Positions 9,223 to 19,000 of a stretch of 33,886 nt of DNA are shown here, one piece after another. Each line of letters starts with the position of its first letter. The first letter of the stretch is position 1. Origin of the DNA: a bacterium (GTDB taxonomy: Bacteria; SZUA-182; DTGQ01); the NCBI GenBank assembly GCA_040752695.1, contig JBFMGO010000061.1, positions 1-33,886 of the forward strand. Reading direction: 5' to 3'. A model generated the notes under the pieces. It did no database searches and was not told where the DNA came from. It was given only the letters and a program-made list of their open reading frames with translations. The position numbers and the translations under genes were made by a program.

Positions 9223-9285
9223 AACATTGTTAGTTTTAAGAGCATAATACTTTTATATATTACAGTATCGATCGAATAGAATAGA

Positions 9286-9417
9286 ATTATTGCACTGCTC
9301 TTTACTCGACCGTCAGCCGGGGTCTTCAGGTATGGTGAGTTGACCGGAAGGATTTCACACCCAGCCTGCCCTCCCTCCTCGCAGGATAGGATAGACTATC
9401 GAAATCTCTGCAATAAT
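9286..9417 (-). ncRNA. Candidate structured RNA or miniature inverted-repeat element, family unassigned
   Basis: GC-rich 132-nt island in AT-rich DNA, bounded by a perfect 9-bp inverted repeat (ATTATTGCA/TGCAATAAT), with nested TCGATAGTC/GACGGTCGA and CCTGC/GCAGG pairings. Strand chosen from a G-U pair. Confidence 0.35.
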
Positions 9418-9468
9418 CCAGTATTGAATTTTATTTCATATCTCATTTAAGTAAAATATTAATCTATT

Positions 9469-9481
9469 TATCAATATGTTA
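9469..9481 (+). promoter_or_regulatory. IHF consensus site
   Basis: TATCAATATGTTA matches WATCAANNNNTTR exactly; the AT-rich context lowers specificity. Confidence 0.4.
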
Positions 9482-9514
9482 TATCATTAACAGAGCAGGA
9501 GATATGAATCAATT

Positions 9515-9530
9515 TGCATATTCCCCGCCA
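9515..9530 (-). promoter_or_regulatory. Possible leftward sigma-54 promoter
   Basis: Minus strand TGGCGGGGAATATGCA fits TGGC..GG-N10-GC spacing. Confidence 0.35.
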
Positions 9531-9680
9531 GGCTCAATCAGACCTTTTTTTATTATAATAATTATTATTTAATGTATATTTTAGACTAATATTAATTATA
9601 ATATTAATAAATTTATGAAATTATTTCCTTTCTTTGCTTTCAACCTCCCAAAAAGGTGCATAATCACTGTATTCTCATGG

Positions 9681-9697
9681 TGTTGAGAAGGGGGACA
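9681..9697. promoter_or_regulatory. TGT-N11-ACA candidate enhancer (bEBP/PrsR-type box)
   Basis: TGTTGAGAAGGGGGACA, about 190 bp upstream of the sigma-54 site at 9888. Confidence 0.35.
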
Positions 9698-9887
9698 GGG
9701 TGAGAGGAAGGCTTTTCGACTGCACGAGGAGGTGTATAAATAAAATAAAAAAACCCTATATATTTAATTATGATAATTGATTTTAAATTTAAAGAATTAA
9801 ATTTAATTAATTCAGATAGTTATAGGCATATCAGCTCAATTTCGGTTTAAAGTAGAGAGTATTTACGGTAGTAGTAATACCTATTTA

Positions 9888-9903
9888 TGGCATAATTTAT
9901 GCT
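9888..9903 (+). promoter_or_regulatory. Sigma-54 (-24/-12) promoter of the giant surface protein gene
   Basis: TGGCATAATTTATGCT (GG-N10-GC); IHF-like ATTCAGATAGTTA at 9810-9822. Confidence 0.65.
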
Positions 9904-10065
9904 TTTTAATTCAGTCAATTTAATACTGACTGTAATTAATTCTTATTTGTCAAATTAAAGCTTGCTGTCTGAAAATTTATCAATTTTTTTCAAGCGGTTG
10001 AAATTCGTCAGACGAAATGGGGGGCCCGAACTGAAAAACAAGATCGTAACCCGGAGGAATGGGCC

Positions 10066-13000
10066 ATGGAGGGATTTTGGAGAAAGTTATGGATAGTTAT
10101 TATTCTATCTCTTTCTCTTTTCATAGGTGTCAGTGCTACTGATCAGGGGCAGGCGCTGGGTCAAAGAACAGGGGATGCTGCTTTTCCCCGTAGTACTGCC
10201 GTACGTTACGATTTTGCCTCGTCAGGGCCGCCTGCCATTTCGGATATAAGAGAATCAAATCGAACCCCAAGCGCCATAACCATATCCTGGCTTACAAGCA
10301 CTGACAGTCCGGGAGAGGTGCATTACAGCCCGGGGAGCAGCCTTGCATCCAGCTATGAAACAGCGACAGACAACCGGACAGGGCAAATTCACTGGGTGGA
10401 ACTCAGCGGATTACAGGTAAATCAGACTTATCATTACGAAGTTCAATCCGGAACAATGATAGATAATAACTCCGGGCGATACTACCAGTTTACTACCACA
10501 CCGATAGCTGAAGTCTGTTCGAATTATTTTATCGGAGGCAGGGTTGTAAAGCCAGATCAGAGCCCCCTCCCGGAGGCTCTGGTGTTGGTAACCGTAAACC
10601 AGTATGGGATTGTTTCCGATTCTCTTTCCGTAGTCACCAACAGGTATGGGTACTGGTTCATTAATCTTGCAGATTTAAAGAGTTCATCGACAGGAAATCA
10701 GCTCTGTGCTGCCCGGGATGACGAGGTTTCGATCGAGATTGTCGGCCCCGAAGGATGGTGGGGTGAAGATGTCAGGTTGGTCGATGACCTGACCGAGAAG
10801 AAGTATTATGTCTTATGTGCCACTAACGAAGAGCGCACGGTAGCAACGCCTGAAATTTCTGCCTCATCCGTTACCTCTCCCGGTTTCATGACCGTCGGTA
10901 TCACCTGTACTACGTCCAGGGCTGAGATTCATTATACCGTAGACGGGAGCGAGCCGGATGAACGCTCGCCGGTATACACTGTGCCCCTGTCCCTGGGCAG
11001 TGGCACGGCTATCAAGGCCAAAGGATACAGGGCTGGCTGGCAGACAAGCGATATTGCTTCCTTTACGGTTACGGTAGACCTTCAAGGTCCTCGAATCGTT
11101 GCCTGCTCTGCCACGGGAAAGGTCAAGCCGCCGATCCAGCATATCGATGTTACTTTCGACGAGGCCGTTGATTCGGTATCCTTTCAGGGAGAGGATGTAT
11201 CCATTATCGGGCCGGGAGGGACGATATTTCCCGACTCCATTGCCATACTCGATTCGAACAGCTCTCGCATCACCTTCCCTGAACAGAAACTTGCAGGCGA
11301 CTATCAGGTTATCATCGGCCCGGGGATTTGCGACCTGGCAGGCAATGTTATGGATCAGGATAAAGATCTGGTCAATGGGGAAAAGAAAGATGACCGGTAT
11401 ACCGCCCAATTTTCGCTTCTGCCCGGCTTGCGAATTATCGCTGTTACGCCGACCGGCGATCAAACCTCCCCGGTTAATTCGATCACCTTGACCTTCAACC
11501 AGGAAATAAACCCTGCTACCCTGACCAATGATGGTCTTTTCGTCATCACCCCGGATGGACGGAAGAATTTTTTCGGCCACCCGAATCCCGCAGGTAGTAC
11601 CGATCAGGCAACTACTTATTCTCTCAGTTATTATACCTCGATGGCAGGAACCTATCATATTTATGTCGGCCCCAGGATAGAAAGCGTGGATGGCCTGGCT
11701 ATGGATCAGGATGGGGATGGTCTGATCGGAGAGGATAATGAAGATCGATACCATGCCACTTTTACCATTATTGACACGACCGGACCGCGCATCACGTATA
11801 TACGGCCATCGGGAATGATTATCAATCCGCCTGTAAGGTCTTTTGATATTGCCTTTAACGAGGCCGTTGATCCTTTTTCCTTCAAGGCTGAGGATGTATC
11901 TATCCAAGGACCGTCCGGAAAGATTATCCCGGATTCGGTAGCCATGTCGCCTTCCAATGAAAGAGCCTTTCTGGTGACGATTCCACCCCAGCAGGCAGAT
12001 GGTGTCTATCAGATCGCGATTGGACCACAAGTGCTTGATCTGGCTGGAAATCCCATGGATCAGAATAGAGACGGGCTTAAGGGTGAGACATCTTTTGATC
12101 AGTACAGCAGTACTTTTACTATTGACGCTACCGGTCCAAAAATCATAGCCACCTCAGTTACCGGTATTCAAAATGGAGCGGTAAGAACCATTGATATAAC
12201 CTTTAACGAGCCGATCAAATCATTCCCCTCCTATTCAACGGTAACCATAACCGGACCACCCGGCGCAATCAAGGTTTATTCGATATATTCGGTTAATTAT
12301 CCGTGTGATACCTTTCGGATTACTTTGAGTCCCTATCAGATGGACGGTACCTATCAGGTTGAGATCAAACCGCTCATGGTTGACTATGGGGGCAACGCCC
12401 TTGATCAGGATGGGGATGGCACAAAGGGTGAGGCCAGTGACGATGTCTACCGTTTTACCTTTGTTCAGCAGTTGCCTGATCTGGCAGTTACGGAAATTTC
12501 ACATCCGGATAAGGCCAGGAGCCAGGTTGAGATCACCTGGAAAGTTATCAACGAGGGCCTGGGGCAGGCATCCGGCCAATGGACGGATACGGTCTATCTT
12601 TCCAATGACCAGGCACTCGGCTCTGACGACAGTGTTCTGGCTGAAGGACAGATCGAAAAGCCGCTGGATGCCGGACAATCGTACACCAGGACACTGACAG
12701 TCACCCTGCCGGCAACCGACGGTCTGCGGTGGATAATTGTCAAGACCAACAGCCAGGGGACCTTGGACGAGCAAAAAGGGGTGGGGGTGAATAATACCCT
12801 GGTAGCCGCTGCCCCGATCTGGATTACCGGCCAGAGTTTCCCCGATCTCCAGGTAAAAGAGATTGCAGTGCCCGGGGTTCTGCATCCGGGCGAGTATGGG
12901 ATTCTCTCCTGGACTATCGAAAACACAGGGGACGCAAGCATCGGCGCCAACTCCTCATGGTATGATACCCTGTACCTGTCGCTTGACACAAACATAGATT

Positions 13001-16000
13001 CAGGAGATATCGAATTGGCCAGGATTCAGAAGGCGTATTCTTCTCTTGCTCCAGGCACGTCTTACACCCAATCGAGGCAGATCAACATTCCGAGTCTTAC
13101 TCCCGAGGATTCTTACTACCTTTTGGTTAAAACCGACGCCTATAATACCGTTGAAGAATTTCTCCAGGAAAATAACAATATAGGCCAAAGCAGCGGTAAG
13201 GTAAAAGTAGAAAAGCCGCTCCCCCCCTATCTTCACGTGGATTATGTCCATGCGCCCGAAGCGGTGCGGCAGGGCCAGACCATTCCTGTCGAATGGAAAA
13301 TAACCAATACCGGAGAGCAGGAAGCTCAGGGGATTTACGGGCATGATATCGCCTTCTCCCTGGACGATGTTTACACGGCCGCCGACACCCGTCTCATACG
13401 TACTTCGCAATCTTACCCGGTTATTCTCCCCGGTTCGTCGCAGACAGGAAGCGCTTCGGTAACGATACCCAATTATCCTCCAGGAACATATTATCTCTTT
13501 TTTATTCCCGATAGCCTGGGGAAGAGCAACGTTGTAGGAAGAAATTATGGCATGACCGAGATTACCCTGCCTTTCCCTGACCTTTCTATCAGCAGTCTTT
13601 CCTCTCCTGACAGCGCATTTTCCGGTCAGGAAATAGCCCTGAGGTGGTATGGAGAAAATAAAGGCGATGGCAGCACTACCACTGCTGCCTGGATGGATGC
13701 TATTTATTTATCAGAGGATACTATTGTGGACGAGACAGACCTCAAATTGGGCTCCCTTACCCGCAAGGGTTCACTGGACAGCGGCCAAGGGTATGATGCA
13801 TCATATTTCGTCAAGCTGCCTTCGGCCATTGAAGGCAATTATTATATCCTCGTTAAAACGGATGACAATGACCAGGTCAAGGAAAGTAATGAGGAAGATA
13901 ATATCACGAGCAGCACCCTAATTGCCATCTCCCTGCCCCCTGCCCCTGATCTGAGAGTGGAAAGTTTCACCGCACCTTCGGAAGGCTTTTGCGGTAAGGC
14001 CATTTGGGTGGATTGGAAAGTCGGCAATGCAGGCACAGCCCCTGCCCCCGGCGCATGGACAGATGCCGTATACCTGTCGCAAGATGGTACCTTCGATAGC
14101 CCGGATACACTTCTTGGCACATTTGACCACTTGGAGTCTCTGCCAGCAGGAGAAACCTATGGGCCAGGCGCACCACAACAGATCATGCTTCCTGATCGCA
14201 TCGAAGGCACGCATTATCTGTTTTTCGTCACCAATAATGGAGAGAGTGAAAAAAATAATATCAGCGTACCGCAAAAAATCACCCTGGCCTGTCCAGCCCC
14301 TGACTTGAGGGTGGATTATTTTACCTTTCCTTCGGAAGGTTTTATTATTGCCGACCAGACTATTGTTCAGGTGGATTGGAAAGTCAGCAATGCAGGCACA
14401 GCTCCTGCCCTTGGCACGTGGACAGATGCCATATACCTGTCAAAAGACAGTGTCTTCGATAGCTCGGATATCCTTTTGAGCACCTTTACTCACCCGGGGC
14501 CTCTGGAAAAAGGAGCAGGCTATGGGCCGGATACATCACAAAGGATCAGGTTTCCTGACCGCACAGAAGGCGACTATTATCTGTTTTTCGTCTCTGACAG
14601 TGGTGAGAATGTCTATGAGAAAGAGAGCGAAACGAATAATATCTCATCACCCTACCCGGTCACCCTGATCTCTTTTGCCCCCGATTTGATGGCGGACACT
14701 TTTACCGCACCCTCGGAAGGCATTGCCGGTCAGCCCGTTCAGGTAGATTGGCAGGTCATCAATGCAGGCACAGACTACGCCGTTGGCATTTGGACAGATG
14801 CCGTATACCTGTCACGAAACAATGTCTTCGATAGCTCGGATATGCTTTTGAGTGCTTTTGCTCACTCGGAATCTCTGAAAAAAGGAGCAGCCTATGGACC
14901 AGAGACACCACAGGATATCATGCTTCCCGATCTCATCGAAGGCGGCTATTATCTCTTTTTCGTTACTGATAAAGATAAGAATATCTATGAGAAAGAGAGC
15001 GAAACGAATAATATCTCATCACCTCACCCGATCACCGTGACCTATCCTGTCCCTGATTTGATGGTAGACACTTTTACCGCACCCTCGGAAGGCATTGCCT
15101 CCATTCAGGCGGATTGGCAAGTCATCAATGCAGGCACGGCCCCTGCCTCTGGCACATGGACAGATGCCATATACCTGTCAGAAGACAGTACCTTCGATAG
15201 CTCGGATGTACTTTTGAGCGCATTTACCCACTCGCAATATCTGGAAAAAGGAGCGGCCTATGGGCCTGGTACGCCACAAGAAATCATTCTTCCTGATCGC
15301 ATTGAAGGCTCCTATTACCTCTTCTTCGTTACCGACGATCATGAAAATGTCTATGAGAAGGGAAGTGAAACGAATAACATCAGCTCTCCTCACCCGATCA
15401 CCGTGACCTGTCCTGCCCCTGATTTGATTGTGGACAATTTTACCACTCTCTCAGAAGGCATTGCAGGCCAGCCCATTCAAGTGGATTGGAAGGTCAGCAA
15501 TGCAGGCGCGGCCCCTGCCCTTGGCTCGTGGACAGATGCCATATACCTGTCAGAAGACAATACCTTCGATAGCTCGGATGTACTTTTGAGCGCATTTACC
15601 CACTCGGAATACCTGGAAAAAGGAGCGAGCTATGGGCCAGAGACACCACAAGATATCATGCTTCCTGATCACATTGAAGGCACCTATTATCTCTTTTACA
15701 CTACAGGCGGCAAGATACCACAGAACGACGCTGTGTTGACCGTCTGGGCAAAAGGGGATTTTTATGAATATTATGGGTATGTTACGGTTTATGCAGATGG
15801 CATCGAGCTGGGAGTTATCTATAATACCGCTACCCAATGCTGTGGCAGATTTAATAAAGCACAGATAACGATTCCCAGGGATGATTTTCTCCCTCTCATT
15901 CAGGATGGGGAAATAACCTTTGTTTTACAGACATCGGCATATGTAAATTGTTGCTGTGATTTCCAGGCATATCTAAGCCTGCACTACGAACTGAATGACA

Positions 16001-19000
16001 GCAGTGGCAGCTATATGTTCGATGAGAAAACGGAAACTCGCTCTTCGGGTCATTACGGCGGGAGTATTACCTTTACCCTTAAGGATAAGAATATCTATGG
16101 GAAGGAAAGTGAAAAGAACAACGTCAGCCAGGCTCAGCCTATCAGCCCGACCAAGACCGCTGACTTGCAGGTCCAGACTGCAAGTGCTCCGGACATGGCT
16201 GTGGCTGGCTCTGTTATCGGTGTGGATTGGACCATACTGAATGGCGGGGATGCGGCAGCCAAAAGATGGCAGGACAGAATCTATCTTTCGGATGACGCTG
16301 ATTTTGATTCCGGATCGGACCGTTTATGCGGAGCATTCGACCAGACCGAAACCCTGGAGCCGGGAAAGAGCACGGGGCCTCCAATGCGGCCTGCATTTAT
16401 CCGGATTCCTGACCGTCTGGCCGGGACCTGTTATCTTTTCGTCGTCACTGATGCTCAAGACTTCGTTTATGAAAAAAAGGCAGGAGAAGCTAACAATGTC
16501 TTTGTGGTTCCCCGACCGGTAAAGATTATCGTTCATCCTTCTGACTTACAGGTCACTACGGTTAACGCTCCCCTTACTGCCAGGGCAGGCACATCCATCG
16601 ATATCAGTTGGACGGTCCAAAACAAGGGGGTACGGGAAACGGATGAGACCTCATGGAAGGACGGAGTGTACCTTTCAGCGGATGAGACCTTCAATCCTGC
16701 CTCGGACATTGCTTTGGGCCTTTTGAGCCATTCAGAGGCGCTGCCGGCCGGTGCCGCCTATTCACAATCGGCATCCTTTTCACTCAGGAGGGAGTTGGCA
16801 GGCACCTACTATGTATATGTGGCCGCCGATGCGCTCCATCAGGTATATGAATACGACAAGGAGGGGAATAATACCACCTCAAGCCCGGGAACCATGCAGA
16901 TAGTGCCTGTACAGGCCGATCTTGAGGTAAGCAGCCTTACGGTCCCTCTTGTGGGTTATCAGGACAAGCCAATGGAAATCAGTTGGAGTGTAACCAATAC
17001 CGGACCTGAAACCACGCAGGGGAGTTCCTGGAACGATACGGTCTATTTGTCAGCAAATAAAGAAATGACCGCGAGTTACTCCCATTTAGTTACTCTTGGA
17101 CACCAAGGGGCACTGGCTGGCGGGGAGAGCTATTCGGTGACCAGAACAGTCAAAGTGCCCTCTTGGTGGCAGGTGGGAGATTGTTACCTGGTTATCAAGA
17201 CCGATTCTGGTTCACTCAACAATATTTATGAATACGACGGGGAAGAAAACAACACAACTTTTGCCCCTCTGACTATTGACCTTCCTCCAACCCCTGACCT
17301 GAAAGTGACTGACATCAAAGTTGCGGATACGGCCTGGTCAGGTCAGAATATGAGGGTAGCGTGGACCGTAACCAATGAAGGTCCTGTCCCGGCCACTGAA
17401 GGATCTTGGAATGATACGGTTTATCTATCAAAAGATCCCTACCTCGATCCGGGTACAGATCCCCCGCTCGGCAACGCAGTACATCAGGGTGTGCTCGATG
17501 CCAATGTAAGTTATACACAGAGCCTTGAGCCCAAGCTGCCGGATTTGATACAAGGCACCTATTATCTCATCGTTGCCACGGACAGCAGCGATCCCGATCA
17601 TGTCTTTGAAAGAGATAAGGAAGATAATAACACCCTGGTTTCTCTATCAACAGTTCAGATCAATCTCACTCCTCCGGCGGATTTGACCATCCATAGCGTT
17701 ACTCCGCCGGTCAGTGGCATCTATGGAGAACCTGCCACCTGGAGCTATGAGGTAAAAAATGCAGGAGAACTTCCAGCGGCCGGAACCTGGTATGATACGC
17801 TTTATCTATCCTCCGACCAGGAGTGGACACTCGGTGATGAGCGTATCGCCCGCATCCGCCACGAGGGAGATATCGGTCCGGGACAAAGATATACCGGAAC
17901 CTTTCCGGCTGATCTTCCGGCTGTTATTCCCGGTAATTATTATGTCATAGCCTGTACGGATATCTTCGATGATGTGCAGGAGACGGATAATGAAAATAAT
18001 ACGGCTGTATCTATTGGTCAACTAACGGTCGAGGGAAGAGAACTGATCCCTGACAGGCCGGAGTCAGGAACCATCGGGAAAGGACAGTCGATCTATTACC
18101 AGATCACTCCCGAGGCAGGACAGCAGGATATCGTCGTTACACTTTCCGGAGCTGCCAGGGAGAGTGTCGAGGTTTTCGCGGCCTGCGGGAAAGTCCCCAA
18201 AAGGAGCGATTACGATACCAAAGCAGAAACAGCCGCTTCAGGCGATCTTCGGGTCCGCCTCTCAGGAACCTGTTCAAGTGTCTATTATATCCTGGTTTAT
18301 GGCTACCGCTGCCCCGATCATCCTGCACCTTCGTTCGAACTGAATGCAGTTCTGCCCGGTCATTCCATCAGCGGCATCAGTGTAAGCGAGGGAGGAAACA
18401 CCGGACCGGTGACCATAGCGGTTACCGGTTACAATTTCGCTCCCGAAACCACGGCCTTTCTCAGGGATGCAAGCGGAACTACGATAGACAGAGGAATTGT
18501 TTATTTTCGTGACAGCGGTTTTTTGTCGGCAACCTTCGATTTAGAGGGAAAAGCTGCCGGCAGTTACCGTCTTGAACTTGAAAATCCCGATGGTTCTTTA
18601 TGCAGTACCGGCTTTCAGGTAGTTCAGGGGAAGGGTGGGAACCTCTTTTCCAGACTGGTGGTGCCGAACGTGGTGCGGAATCGCCGCACCTGTACTCTTG
18701 TCCTGGAGTATGGAAATACCGGTGATGCGGACCTTCCCGCACCGCTCTTTACGATAAGTGGAAACTCGCTGATCCAGTTGCGCCTTTCCTCTTCCTTATC
18801 CTCACAACAATATAATCCCCTGACGATTCCTGGTACGGCCAGGGAAAATCCGAAGGATGTTCTTCCCCCCGGCTCCTTCTATTCCATCGAGGTGGAATTT
18901 GTCATCAACGGCAGTTGGGGTGGCTCAATCTCTTACGTTTCCTCATACTTCCTTTACTTGCGAACATCCGGGTATTCACAGGTGCAAGCCTACCCGGTAA

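Noticed and set aside
9300..9400. FMN or c-di-GMP riboswitch, SRP RNA or 6S RNA
   Set aside because: Only short words match (AGGGCAGG, GTGAAATCC, GCTGACGGT, CCGGAAGG); the conserved cores and spacing of these families are missing. Kept as an unassigned element.
10864..12030. 388-aa antisense ORF, and other long shadow ORFs such as 536..1042, 1495..1995 and 6734..7372
   Set aside because: They lie opposite well-supported genes, show no recognisable motifs, and are explained by codon bias of the sense strand.
15700..16083. Intein or mobile intron in the giant gene
   Set aside because: No N-terminal Cys/Ser plus C-terminal His-Asn splice motifs, no endonuclease motifs, and the frame is uninterrupted.
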